Assembly (NCBI GenBank): GCA_900549225.1
Contig: URNP01000001.1
Span: 16,086 to 80,085 of the forward strand
From: an uncultured Eubacteriales bacterium
GTDB taxonomy: Bacteria > Bacillota > Clostridia > Christensenellales > CAG-917
Direction of reading: 5' to 3'
DNA: 64,000 nt
Shown piece by piece: positions 54,725 through 64,000 of this stretch; position 1 is the first letter of the stretch; every line of letters starts with the position of its first letter. The notes beneath the pieces are model-generated. The model saw only the letters and a list, made by a program, of their open reading frames with translations. It did no database searches and was not told the origin of the DNA. Both the position numbers and the translations under genes were made by a program.

Positions 54725-54729
54725 AGGTT

Positions 54730-55410
54730 TTACATTTTGGATTGAGAGAGTTTGTAGCCGACTCCGCGCACCGATTCTATCGTGAAATCCGCACCGAGAT
54801 GGGTGAGTTTCTTGCGCAAAAACGACATATAGACTTCAAGGTTGTTGGACTCGAATTCGCTGTTGAGTCCCCACGCTTTGAGAATGAGATTTTCTTTGGT
54901 CGCAACAAAGTTGGGGTATTCAAAAAGATATCTCAACAGTTCAAATTCCTTGCCCGTGAGGTTGATGCTTCCTTTTTGTGTGGAAAGCGTGAACGTGGTA
55001 AGGTCGAGAGACGCGTTGCGGTATTCGAGTTTGTTGTCAGAGAGAAGTTTGCCTCTTCTTCTGAGCACCGCACGGATGCGCGCGGAAAGTTCGTTGAAAG
55101 AGAATGGCTTTGAAACGTAGTCGTCCGCCCCTTTGTCGAGTCCCGATATTTTGTCGTTCTCGTCGCCGAGTGCAGTGAGCATAATAACCGGCGTTTCGAG
55201 TTTTCTTTGGCGAAGCGTGGCAAGCACGTCAAAGCCGTTCATTTTGGGCATCATCACGTCGAGTAAAACCATATCGTACATACCCGTGGACGCAAAATTC
55301 AATCCGTCCGCACCGTCGTATACGCAGTCAACGTCGTAGCCGTCTTTCATCAACATTTGAGCTAACGCTTTTGATAATTCTCTTTCGTCTTCTACAAGAA
55401 GAATTCTCAT
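54730..55410 (-). CDS. OmpR-family response regulator
   Basis: Track start 55416 is GTG. ATG 55410 (GGAGGTG SD) gives MRILLVEDE. Receiver domain with DVMMP, then a winged-helix C-terminal domain ending VRGVGYKL. Confidence 0.9.
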   Translation of the reverse strand: MRILLVEDERELSKALAQMLMKDGYDVDCVYDGADGLNFASTGMYDMVLLDVMMPKMNGFDVLATLRQRKLETPVIMLTALGDENDKISGLDKGADDYVSKPFSFNELSARIRAVLRRRGKLLSDNKLEYRNASLDLTTFTLSTQKGSINLTGKEFELLRYLFEYPNFVATKENLILKAWGLNSEFESNNLEVYMSFLRKKLTHLGADFTIESVRGVGYKLSQSKM

Positions 55411-55552
55411 AAGCACCTCCGCATAATCAAAGGTTTTCTGTTTTTCAAAACTATATTACGAATTGTATCTTAAATTTGTATTAAATTCAATCGGTATTTA
55501 AGCAAAATTCGTGCTTTATTTTTTACAAATAGTATGTTATAATATCTGCATT

Positions 55553-56230
55553 ATGGAAGAAGGCAAGATGAAAGTTGACATTTACGACTTCGACAAGACG
55601 GCAATTCCGTACGACAGCGCGCTCCATTATTGGTTTTGGAGTATGGCGCACTGCCCGTGGACGCTCGTGTTGTTGCCATTCCAGTTATTTTGGGGATTTT
55701 TGATGGTCACAAAGATTCTTCCCGTACCCGTGTTCAAGAAAATTGCGTTCAACTTCGTGCGTTTGATAAACACGGAAAAGACGGTAAAGAAATATTGGGA
55801 TAAGCATCAAAACGATATCTACGACTTTTTCAAGCCCGAAAATCGTGACCCCGACAGAAAAGTCGTGCTTATCAGCGCAAGCCCCGACTTTCTCATCGAA
55901 GAGATTGCAAAGCGTATGAAAATCGACTATTGCATCGCAAGTCCGCACAGCAAAAAGAACGGGCACCTGCTCGGGAAGGTGTGCAGAAAGGAAGAGAAGG
56001 TTCGTAGGCTCAACGAGATTCTTCCAAACGTCGAGGTTGAAAACGTGTACAGCGACAGCCTCGATCACGACAGATACATATTCGCACTCGGGAAGCGTTG
56101 CTACCTTGCTAAAAAAGGGAAACTCGAAGAAATCGATTTTCCGACCGCGATCAAAGAATACGACGAGGAACACGCGAAAAAGAAGAACAAAAAGCGCAAA
56201 CAAGTCAACAAAATAACGACTGAAAAATAA
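55553..56230 (+). CDS. HAD-IB family hydrolase
   Basis: DxDxT motif IYDFDKTAI, then SASPDF and SDSLDHD. Start is either ATG 55553 (9 nt after a TGtTATAAT -10) or ATG 55568 (weak GGAAGAAGG SD). Confidence 0.7.
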   Translation: MEEGKMKVDIYDFDKTAIPYDSALHYWFWSMAHCPWTLVLLPFQLFWGFLMVTKILPVPVFKKIAFNFVRLINTEKTVKKYWDKHQNDIYDFFKPENRDPDRKVVLISASPDFLIEEIAKRMKIDYCIASPHSKKNGHLLGKVCRKEEKVRRLNEILPNVEVENVYSDSLDHDRYIFALGKRCYLAKKGKLEEIDFPTAIKEYDEEHAKKKNKKRKQVNKITTEK

Positions 56231-56303
56231 TTTGATTCAAACCGAATCGAAGGGAGTATGGCGGAGATTTGGTGGAGATAAAACTTCATACGGGAGGCCT
56301 TTT

Positions 56304-57557
56304 ATGGACAAGACTATCAAATGCCCCAATTGCGGGGAAGCGTTCGACAACATCGAAAACGAGTTTTTGGAGTGTTCTCATTGCGGCAAAAAGTACAAAA
56401 ATCCTTTTTATAAGCACGAAGACGCACTCGAACACGAATCTCAACACGAGCAAGCAACGCAGGAAACTCAACCTGCTCAAAACGAGCCCGAAGAGCACAA
56501 CGACAGCGTCGGCGCGGTTTTCGTAAATCAACAACAAACCGCTCGCGAAGAAGAAGTGCACAAAGAGCATGCTCAAAAAGCGCAAAGCGACGCTTTCAAG
56601 TTTGATTTTGAGCAAGCGGACGCCAAAGTCGAAAAATCCGAACCGAGCAAAAAAGAGAACAAGGAAGCCGTTTCTCAAAACAGAGGAAGCGACGCATTTA
56701 TGCGCGTTATAACCAACACGATAAAAGAGTTCTTTGAGTTCAAGCAATTCAAGAGAATCCCCGTCGGACTTGCAGTCGTTGCGGGCATTTTGCTTTCGCC
56801 GTTCCTGCTTGCGGTCATCTTTATGATCCCGGCGTTCTACATTTTGCAGTTCTGCTACAAGATCGTTGCCGCACCTGCGGATTTCCTTCTCAAAAGCATT
56901 CGCGAAGAGAGCGACAACACCGTTGTGAAAGCGGTCGTTTATTTTGTCGGTTACCCGTTCGTGTTCTTGATGAAAATCGCACTTTCGGTATTCAGCGTAG
57001 AATTCTTCGTTATGTATTTCTTCTTTATGCTGTTTGCCTGGATTTACGGTTGCGGCGGAATCAAATTCCAACCCTTCATTTTTGAAGCGACAACCGATTG
57101 CAGTGCGCATCTCGAAGGCAAAGCGTCCAAAAAGACAATTGCAATCATCCTCACCGTTTGCATTATCATCGGCGTATTCGTTTTCGGTATGGCGCTTGGA
57201 TTTGGCATCGTAAACGCAGAATTCGGCGGCAGTAGCGGAAACGGCGGATATAATGGTGGCGGTAATAGCGGCTATAGCAATTCTCTCGATGAGAGTTTCT
57301 ATATGTCATCGTATAACAGCGGTTCGAGCACCTATACATTTACTCCTTCGTCAAGCGGCTATTACACCATCAGAATTTCAGACAACGATAACTATGCAAA
57401 TATTTACGTTTACGTGGACGGTACGACCAAATTGAGCACGTCTTCTTATAGCGACACGGCTTCCGTGTATATGTCTTCGGGAACGTCGTACACAATAAGA
57501 GTGTATTATAGCAACAGTTCAAGCAGCGACAGAGTGTATATCAATATTTCAAAATAA
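56304..57557 (+). CDS. membrane protein with N-terminal zinc ribbon and C-terminal PPC-like beta domain
   Basis: Start at ATG 56304 (GGGAGG SD). CPNCG...CSHCG zinc ribbon, acidic linker, 4-5 TM helices, G/S/N linker. YTFTPSSSGYYTIRISDNDNYANIYVYVDG resembles pre-peptidase C-terminal domains. Confidence 0.6.
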   Translation: MDKTIKCPNCGEAFDNIENEFLECSHCGKKYKNPFYKHEDALEHESQHEQATQETQPAQNEPEEHNDSVGAVFVNQQQTAREEEVHKEHAQKAQSDAFKFDFEQADAKVEKSEPSKKENKEAVSQNRGSDAFMRVITNTIKEFFEFKQFKRIPVGLAVVAGILLSPFLLAVIFMIPAFYILQFCYKIVAAPADFLLKSIREESDNTVVKAVVYFVGYPFVFLMKIALSVFSVEFFVMYFFFMLFAWIYGCGGIKFQPFIFEATTDCSAHLEGKASKKTIAIILTVCIIIGVFVFGMALGFGIVNAEFGGSSGNGGYNGGGNSGYSNSLDESFYMSSYNSGSSTYTFTPSSSGYYTIRISDNDNYANIYVYVDGTTKLSTSSYSDTASVYMSSGTSYTIRVYYSNSSSSDRVYINISK

Positions 57558-57580
57558 TTGCGATATAAACGAATCGAAGC

Positions 57581-57620
57581 AAAACAAAAGCGTGCCGTTT
57601 GGCACGCTTTTCGTTTTGTG
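57581..57620. terminator. bidirectional terminator
   Basis: AAAACAAAAGCGTGCC-gttt-GGCACGCTTTTCGTTTTGT. Confidence 0.7.
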
Positions 57621-57635
57621 TTTTGACTTAAAGGT

Positions 57636-57980
57636 TTATTCAACCGTTCCGTCTTTTGCGTCGTCCGCTTTCTTTTCGCAAGAATCGGAAGAGGAGCAGC
57701 AAGAGCAGTTCGAGTCGCAATTGCTATCGCCGTTGAGGTCGTCAATCCAGTAAATCTTGTCTTTTACGACGAGGGAGACGATATCGATGACGAAGAGCAC
57801 CCAGCCTCCGAATATCATAAGCACGATTGCAAGCACGATGCCGAGCACGCTGTCTTTTTGTGCGCTTTTTGCAAGACGATAAAGGTTTGCGGGAACGTCC
57901 CAAAGGATGCAGAGCAGAATCTTCACGACCTTGTCAAGACCTTGATACCATTCGATATACTTTTTTGCAAAATCCTTCAT
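57636..57980 (-). CDS. small membrane protein with Cys-rich C-terminal tail
   Basis: Start at ATG 57980 (GGAGGAA SD). 114 aa, two TM helices, tail CDSNCSCCSSSDSC. Confidence 0.55.
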   Translation of the reverse strand: MKDFAKKYIEWYQGLDKVVKILLCILWDVPANLYRLAKSAQKDSVLGIVLAIVLMIFGGWVLFVIDIVSLVVKDKIYWIDDLNGDSNCDSNCSCCSSSDSCEKKADDAKDGTVE

Positions 57981-58091
57981 TTTTGGATTCCTCCGTGTTT
58001 TTTTCGTCGAATGTTGTAACACTAATTCGATACAAAGTCAAGTATATGCGTTTCAAATCGTAAAATTGCGGACGTGCCTTTTAAGTTGTTG

Positions 58092-58120
58092 TTGTGAAAA
58101 GCGCGGAGGGGTGGTATAAT
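58092..58120 (+). promoter_or_regulatory. promoter for fhs (TTGTGA-17-TGgTATAAT)
   Basis: TTGTGA at 58092..58097 and TATAAT at 58115..58120, preceded by TGG. Confidence 0.5.
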
Positions 58121-58147
58121 CTGCTTATAAAAGAATCGGAGAGGACT

Positions 58148-59824
58148 ATGGAATACAAATCCGACATTGAAATCGCGCAAAGCGCAAATATGCGACCGAT
58201 TGCCGAAGTGGCGCAAAGTTGCGGTATCGATCTTGATTTGATTGAAAACTACGGCAAATATAAGGCGAAAATCGATTACGCTCCGCTCTTGAAAAAAGGA
58301 GGAAAGAGGGGCAAACTCGTGCTCGTTACGGCGATTACGCCGACTCCTGCGGGCGAGGGCAAAACCACGACCACCATAGGACTTGCCGACGGACTCAGGC
58401 GCATAGGCAAAAACGCAATCGTTGCGCTCAGAGAACCGTCGCTCGGACCTGTGTTCGGCATAAAGGGCGGCGCTGCCGGAGGAGGCTATGCGCAAGTCGT
58501 GCCTATGGAAGATATCAACCTGCATTTCACGGGCGATTTCCACGCAATCGGCGCGGCAAACAACCTCCTTGCAGCAATGCTTGACAACCATATCCAACAA
58601 GGCAACGCGCTCAATATCGACCCTCGCAAAATCACTTGGAAGAGATGCGTGGATATGAACGACAGACAACTGCGCTTCGTCGTCGACGGATTGGGCGGAA
58701 AGGCAAACGGTATTCCGAGAGAGGACGGTTTCGATATTACGGTTGCAAGCGAGGTTATGGCGGTGCTGTGTCTTGCCTCGTCGCTTTCGGATTTGAAAGA
58801 CAGACTCGCAAAGATCATCGTTGCGTACACCTATGATGACAAGCCCGTAACTTGTGCGGATCTGAAGGCGCAAGGCGCAATGGTCGCACTTTTGAAAGAC
58901 GCGTTGAAACCAAACCTCGTGCAAACGCTCGAGGGGACTCCGGCGCTCGTTCACGGCGGACCTTTTGCAAATATCGCGCACGGGTGCAATAGTGTGATTG
59001 CAACCAAAACGGCACTTTATCTTGCCGATTACGCTATCACAGAGGCAGGTTTCGGCGCAGATCTCGGTGCAGAGAAGTTTTTTGACATAAAATGCAGAAA
59101 GGCGAATCTGATTCCCGACGCCGTTGTCGTGGTGGCAACCGTGCGTGCTTTGAAAATGCACGGCGGAGCACAAAAGCAAGACCTTGCAACCGAAAATCTG
59201 CAAGCGCTCGAAAATGGTATACCCAACCTTTTGCGCCACGTTTCAAACGTCAAAAACGTATACGGGCTTCCTTGCGTGGTGGCAATCAATCGCTTCCCCA
59301 CGGATACGGACGCAGAAATAAAATTCGTCGTTGACAAGTGCAACGGACTCGGCGTAAACACGGTTCTGTCTACGGTTTGGGCAGACGGTTCAAAGGGCGG
59401 AGAAACACTTGCAAAAGAGGTCGTTCGACTTTGTGAGGAGGAGAAAGGCAACTTTGCTTTCGCATACGACGATTGCGATTCGATAACTCAAAAAATCGAA
59501 AAAGTCGTGCGAAAAGTATACGGCGGACAAGGCGTTTCGATTGCGCCTGCCGCACAAAAACAGATTGCGAAACTCGAACAACTCGGCTTTTCAAATATGC
59601 CCGTGTGTATTGCAAAAACGCAATATAGTTTTTCGGACGATCCGACTTTGCTCGGCGCGCCCGAAGGATTTACCGTTGGCGTAAAGAACGTCAAAGTCAG
59701 CGCAGGCGCAGGGTTTATCGTGGTGCTTACGGGCGAGATTATGACGATGCCGGGACTTCCGAAATCTCCGTCCGCAGAGCGAATCGACGTCATGGACGAC
59801 GGCAAAATCGTAGGTCTTTTCTGA
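58148..59824 (+). CDS. fhs: formate--tetrahydrofolate ligase
   Basis: Start at ATG 58148 (GGAGAGG SD). 558 aa. [29 protein letters not shown]-loop, [16 protein letters not shown]-terminus GKIVGLF. Confidence 0.95.
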   Translation: MEYKSDIEIAQSANMRPIAEVAQSCGIDLDLIENYGKYKAKIDYAPLLKKGGKRGKLVLVTAITPTPAGEGKTTTTIGLADGLRRIGKNAIVALREPSLGPVFGIKGGAAGGGYAQVVPMEDINLHFTGDFHAIGAANNLLAAMLDNHIQQGNALNIDPRKITWKRCVDMNDRQLRFVVDGLGGKANGIPREDGFDITVASEVMAVLCLASSLSDLKDRLAKIIVAYTYDDKPVTCADLKAQGAMVALLKDALKPNLVQTLEGTPALVHGGPFANIAHGCNSVIATKTALYLADYAITEAGFGADLGAEKFFDIKCRKANLIPDAVVVVATVRALKMHGGAQKQDLATENLQALENGIPNLLRHVSNVKNVYGLPCVVAINRFPTDTDAEIKFVVDKCNGLGVNTVLSTVWADGSKGGETLAKEVVRLCEEEKGNFAFAYDDCDSITQKIEKVVRKVYGGQGVSIAPAAQKQIAKLEQLGFSNMPVCIAKTQYSFSDDPTLLGAPEGFTVGVKNVKVSAGAGFIVVLTGEIMTMPGLPKSPSAERIDVMDDGKIVGLF

Positions 59825-59874
59825 TACCGTTTTTACGATACATAAAATAACGTATATTTTGAATATGCTTTCGT

Positions 59875-60633
59875 ATGAGAATTATTCTTACGGGAGCATC
59901 GGGACGTATGGGCAAGCAGATGCTTGCCCTTTTTCAATCTACAAAAGACGTTGAAATCTTTGCGGTTGACAAGGCGTATGAATACGACCCAAAAAACGAT
60001 ACGCCGAGTTGCGTATCGGCAAAGTACGCTCGCATTGCGGACGTAAAAGAATGCGCGGACGCGATCGTGGATTTTTCGCTGCATACCGCCGTGCCCGAAG
60101 TCGTTGATTTTGCCGTGAGAAACTGCACTCCGCTCGTTGTGGCAACGACGGGGCATACAGAGCAAGAGAGAGCGTGCGTTGCAAGGGCAAGCGAGAGTAT
60201 ACCCGTGTTTGCAGCAAGCAATATGTCGATCGCAATCGCGTATCTCAAAGATTTTTCGGCAAAACTTGCGGCAGTTTTCGAGTCTGCGGATATAGAGATT
60301 TTGGAGGCGCACCATTCAAAAAAGTTGGATTCTCCGAGCGGAACGGCGCTGTCTATCGCAAAGCGTATCGTCAAGCAAAGAGGATTCGGCAAAATCGTTA
60401 TCGGCAGAGGCAACGCACGAGAGAAGGGAGAGATAAACGTGCACTCTTTGCGACTTGGCGAATCGCTCGGTGAACACGAGGTGATCATCGACACGGGGAG
60501 CGAGCGTATAATCCTTCGACACGAAGCGTTTTCTCGTGGCGTTTACGCCGAAGGCGCGCTAAAAGCGGCGCGATTTATTCTTTCACAGCCGAACGGCTTG
60601 TACGGAATCGAAGATTTGTTGAATTTTCATTGA
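59875..60633 (+). CDS. dapB: 4-hydroxy-tetrahydrodipicolinate reductase
   Basis: 252 aa. MRIILTGASGRMG, EAHHSKKLDSPSGTAL signature. Confidence 0.9.
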   Translation: MRIILTGASGRMGKQMLALFQSTKDVEIFAVDKAYEYDPKNDTPSCVSAKYARIADVKECADAIVDFSLHTAVPEVVDFAVRNCTPLVVATTGHTEQERACVARASESIPVFAASNMSIAIAYLKDFSAKLAAVFESADIEILEAHHSKKLDSPSGTALSIAKRIVKQRGFGKIVIGRGNAREKGEINVHSLRLGESLGEHEVIIDTGSERIILRHEAFSRGVYAEGALKAARFILSQPNGLYGIEDLLNFH

Positions 60634-60665
60634 CGAAAGCCGAAGCGTGCACGATTTTGTCCGTA

Positions 60666-60694
60666 TTGCGTTTGTGGGCGGCTTGTGTTAATAT
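60666..60694 (+). promoter_or_regulatory. extended -10 promoter abutting the sigma-factor ATG (TTGCGT-17-TGtTAATAT, 9 nt to ATG)
   Basis: TTGCGT at 60666..60671 and TAATAT at 60689..60694. No SD before ATG 60704. Confidence 0.45.
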
Positions 60695-60703
60695 AAAAAC
60701 GAT

Positions 60704-61231
60704 ATGGATGCAAAAGAGTTCAATCGCAGATTTAAGAATGCGAGCAAAGACAAACAATCGTTTTTGAAGATTTATGAAGAGTACTATTCAAAAATAGTAC
60801 TTCATATTTCCGTAAAATTCGACGATTCGATTGCGCATGACATTGCGCACGATTTCTTTTGCAAATTGATTGAGGGAAAATTCGAGCAGGTCGGCAGTGT
60901 GGCTTCTCCTACGGCGTGGATTTATAAGGTGTGCGACAATCTTGCAATCAACAGTTTCAAGAAAGACGCAAGATACGTTTCGATTGACGATTTTGACTTC
61001 GCAGGAAACGAAAGCGCCATTGACGGTCTGCTCGAAGTTAAAGAATTGTTTGAAAACCTCAACGAGACAGAAAAAAAGATGGTTTATCTGCACGTTTTTG
61101 AAGGCTATTCGCTCAAAGAACTCGCTTGTCAATTCAAAATCAAATATGACAATTTCAGAAAATCGTATGCGGCAACGCTCAAAAAACTCAAAAAGATAAT
61201 TATCAATAATAACGGCGGTAAAAAGAGATAA
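60704..61231 (+). CDS. ECF-like sigma-70 family RNA polymerase sigma factor
   Basis: 175 aa. Region 2-like PTAWIYKVCDNLAINSFKK and region 4 HTH EGYSLKELACQFKIKYDNFRKSYAATLKKLK. Confidence 0.75.
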   Translation: MDAKEFNRRFKNASKDKQSFLKIYEEYYSKIVLHISVKFDDSIAHDIAHDFFCKLIEGKFEQVGSVASPTAWIYKVCDNLAINSFKKDARYVSIDDFDFAGNESAIDGLLEVKELFENLNETEKKMVYLHVFEGYSLKELACQFKIKYDNFRKSYAATLKKLKKIIINNNGGKKR

Positions 61232-61232
61232 A

Positions 61233-61877
61233 ATGAAAGAAGAAAAACGCTTAAAAAAATATGCCGATGAGAAAATGAATAAATTCAAAGACGACGAGTT
61301 CGTTGAATCGTTGTCCGATGCTCATTTTGACGATACGTCAAGCAAAAAATTCACTTGGAAGTATGTAAGGGCCATTGCCGTAAGTTTGGTGGCGGTCTTT
61401 ATCGTCGTTCTCTCGACTGTTATCGCAATCACCCAAAGAGAATACAACAGCGAGTTATACAACACGATTCCGTCGTCCGTATCGCAGATGAACCTTGATT
61501 TCGACTTTGTGCAGTTTGTCGATATCGCCGATGCGGAAGTCAATCTTATAGTGCTGAAAGATACCGACGTTAAACAGTATTATTTTGTCAAAGTCAAACT
61601 CAACGGCGATGCCGATTTGTTTACGTTCGTTTGTGTGATCGATGAGAAGGAGTACCCGTACGATTTTGGAGAATTCGAGCAAAGCAGACAATTTGGCGAT
61701 TGTCAGATAGGATACGAATTTTCAATCGAAAACGGCGAATCGGAAAGTTCACGCTATAGGGCTCGCGCAAGTTTGATAACCGACAAAGAAAAAATAGATA
61801 TACATTACGAAGGCGAATCTGCTCTCAACGCCGATGCGTTTTTTGATATGCTGTCATCGATTTTGACAAGCAAATAA
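61233..61877 (+). CDS. single-pass membrane protein, anti-sigma factor candidate
   Basis: 214 aa. Starts 1 nt after the sigma stop. Cytoplasmic ~45 aa, TM helix AIAVSLVAVFIVVLSTVIAI, ~145-aa external domain. Confidence 0.5.
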   Translation: MKEEKRLKKYADEKMNKFKDDEFVESLSDAHFDDTSSKKFTWKYVRAIAVSLVAVFIVVLSTVIAITQREYNSELYNTIPSSVSQMNLDFDFVQFVDIADAEVNLIVLKDTDVKQYYFVKVKLNGDADLFTFVCVIDEKEYPYDFGEFEQSRQFGDCQIGYEFSIENGESESSRYRARASLITDKEKIDIHYEGESALNADAFFDMLSSILTSK

Positions 61878-61973
61878 AAATATTTATTGTAAAATTTTCC
61901 CATTTTCGGTTTTTGAATTGTCTATATATTGCGGCAATGATTTTTGCCGTGAAAAATATACAGGGGGAAAACC

Positions 61974-63173
61974 ATGAGAAAATTTATTATTTGCACAACA
62001 GGAATACTTATTATTCTTGTCTGCTCAATTTGCACATTTCTATTCATGCCAATTGATACAAATATTGCGAGTGCGGCTTTGGTAACACCGAATATAGAAA
62101 ATTCATATGTCGATCAAATGAATGAGGAGTATGGATCTAATGTGCGCTTGGCAAAGATCAAACAATTAAGAGATCTCGATAATAACACATATACATTATT
62201 AGAATGTGAGCCTACAGGATATGCTATTGTATGCGATGATGCTGAAACCATGGTAGAATATTCTGCTTTTAGTGAGTCTCCATATATTGATTACAACGAA
62301 AACTTATATTATTTTGGCCCTACATATTTCAGTGTATTACAAGGCAATTCATTTGTCGATATCATGAGCGGAGAGGTTTTATTTTCTTTGGATAGCGAAG
62401 TAGAAGTCTTAGGAAAAGTGCAGAATTCATCAAAGGATATGCATGACACTTTAGTAGCACAGGCGGAAGAATGTAATGATAGTGTTTCTATCATGAGTGA
62501 GGGGTGTGACTTGTATGGTACACATTGGACATGTGTAAATAATTATGGCTTTTTCACAACAAAAACAACTGGTGTGTCGTTCAGTTATTATCAGGAAGGC
62601 AATTCAGGTTGTTGCGGATACATTGCCGCATCATTATTGTTAGGGTACTATGATCAATTTGTGAAAAGATGTGTTCCTGATAAATTCATGGAAATAGATA
62701 GTTACGGTTATAAAAGGTTTAAATATAGTAGTTCATATGGCTATTACGGGAGCGGTGAGTTCACGCAACATTTATTGAACTTTAAAACACACAGTGGAAC
62801 AAGCACTACGTCAACAATAGTAAGAGAGTGTTTGACAAAGTATTTTAATTATTATGGATATAAAAACATGGGCATTTATGATATGGTAACACCGCTATTT
62901 AGCAATTTAACACTCAAAAACTTAATCGATAAAAGCACTCCGTCAATTCTCTTTGGAAGTTTGGAGAAGCCAACATCTCCGTCATCAACAGGACAGGATA
63001 GTGGACACGGTAACCACGCTGTCGTGGTTTATGGTTATCGAAAAGGCGCAAACAACGGATCGGTTTATTCGTTTTTAGTCCACTATGGGTGGTCCGAACG
63101 GTCGCAATCGACAATAAACTATATAGGCTCAAGCACGTTTGGATCAATGCTTAGATTAAGATATGCAACTTAA
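61974..63173 (+). CDS. secreted papain-like (clan CA) cysteine peptidase candidate
   Basis: 399 aa. Signal peptide; NSGCCGYIAASLLLGYYD (nucleophile Cys context) and GHGNHAVVVYGY (His context), as in C39-like/C47/C10 peptidases. AT-rich, with many TTA/CTA/TCA codons unlike its neighbours. Confidence 0.55.
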   Translation: MRKFIICTTGILIILVCSICTFLFMPIDTNIASAALVTPNIENSYVDQMNEEYGSNVRLAKIKQLRDLDNNTYTLLECEPTGYAIVCDDAETMVEYSAFSESPYIDYNENLYYFGPTYFSVLQGNSFVDIMSGEVLFSLDSEVEVLGKVQNSSKDMHDTLVAQAEECNDSVSIMSEGCDLYGTHWTCVNNYGFFTTKTTGVSFSYYQEGNSGCCGYIAASLLLGYYDQFVKRCVPDKFMEIDSYGYKRFKYSSSYGYYGSGEFTQHLLNFKTHSGTSTTSTIVRECLTKYFNYYGYKNMGIYDMVTPLFSNLTLKNLIDKSTPSILFGSLEKPTSPSSTGQDSGHGNHAVVVYGYRKGANNGSVYSFLVHYGWSERSQSTINYIGSSTFGSMLRLRYAT

Positions 63174-63185
63174 ATAGGAGGTTTT

Positions 63186-63890
63186 ATGAGACTAAAAGGT
63201 GTAAAAACAATGATATTGCTTGCGGTGATATGTTGCGTATGCGCCACGATACTTTGGGGATGCAACGATACGATTTCATACAGCAAAACGATTTTTATCG
63301 ATGATTTTAGCGATACGTATACGATTTCGATACCTGTAAAAGTAAAAAATCATTCGGTGCTTCCCGAACCAAAGAGAGTGTTTGAGTATAGCAAGGGTTA
63401 CGACAAGTTGTACGAGGCCATATCGGCATCGTCGTATGCCTCTTCGGTTTATAAAAGCGGCGACAAAATCATAATCGACATTCGTGGCGTTGCGGGAAGA
63501 ATGTATAGTTGTATGATTTATCAGGCGGGGGAAAAGAACAAATATATCGTGGATTCCATGACGTACGTTTTGGAATGGGCAAACAACCGTTCGATATTCT
63601 TTCCTTCATATCTGTTGAACAAAGGAATCGCGCCGTCGGATGCGGAGGGAACGATATATCGTTGCGAATTCGATATCGAAGCGTTGAAAAACTATTACGT
63701 TGAGCGCGGTTATTATGCTCAAATCGACGGCAATACGTTGAAAGTTGTGTGCATGTTGAGATATCCGAATTCGTCATTCGGAGACGAAAGCAATTACGGC
63801 TATAAGGCGATTGCGTGGTCCGTCGTTTATGAAAACGAAAACGATATAAGATTCTCTGATATTTCGGACGACTATAACATAAGACTGTAA
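63186..63890 (+). CDS. hypothetical lipoprotein
   Basis: 234 aa. Lipobox LWGC, strong AGGAGG SD 12 nt after the peptidase stop. No family recognised. Confidence 0.6.
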   Translation: MRLKGVKTMILLAVICCVCATILWGCNDTISYSKTIFIDDFSDTYTISIPVKVKNHSVLPEPKRVFEYSKGYDKLYEAISASSYASSVYKSGDKIIIDIRGVAGRMYSCMIYQAGEKNKYIVDSMTYVLEWANNRSIFFPSYLLNKGIAPSDAEGTIYRCEFDIEALKNYYVERGYYAQIDGNTLKVVCMLRYPNSSFGDESNYGYKAIAWSVVYENENDIRFSDISDDYNIRL

Positions 63891-63993
63891 AAGCAAAACG
63901 AAAATCGAAAAAGGACGCAAACGAGCGCCATTTTTCAAATTTGACGAAGAATATTATGTGTTTTTTTGCCTCAAACTGTTACGGAGGTGATAT

Positions 63994-64000
63994 ATGAAAA
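63994..64000 (+). CDS. start of a CDS truncated by the window edge
   Basis: ATG at 63994 preceded by ACGGAGGTGATAT. Only 7 nt are visible. Confidence 0.3.

Overview
This window looks like a chromosomal segment of a spore-forming Firmicute (Clostridia-like). Evidence: a gerA-type germinant receptor operon, lipoprotein signal peptides, GGAGG-type ribosome-binding sites and TTGACA/TATAAT promoters. All calls come from reading motifs by eye; no searches were run.

Most of the window is housekeeping:
- glmM-like mutase and trxB
- an asnS-asnA-aspS cluster
- guaA-pyrG next to a BMP-type (nucleoside-like) ABC importer
- tRNA-Pro(GGG) and tRNA-Arg(CCT)
- a rhodanese-TtcA fusion
- a LysR regulator divergent from a cation:proton antiporter and MgtC
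- lepB, gdhA, a two-component system, fhs and dapB

Points worth a second look:
1. Three adjacent very large envelope proteins (899, 663 and 816 aa) with no domain I recognise. The first two share an unusual topology.
2. A family of about 105-nt rod-like hairpin repeats at the 3' ends of genes. They have conserved inverted termini, and their stem sequences differ between copies yet remain complementary. One copy supplies the last codons and the stop of an SDR gene.
3. A 130-bp tandem array seeded by the 3' flank of tRNA-Pro.
4. Five genes whose near-consensus promoters sit 6-9 nt from an ATG with no Shine-Dalgarno (SD) sequence, suggesting leaderless mRNAs.
5. A roughly 90-aa amphipathic insertion inside the second nucleotide-binding domain (NBD) of the ABC ATPase.
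6. A compositionally foreign secreted cysteine peptidase gene, flanked by sigma/anti-sigma genes and a lipoprotein gene.

The many long antisense ORFs in the track are shadow ORFs. They arise because native genes almost completely avoid TTA/CTA/TCA codons.
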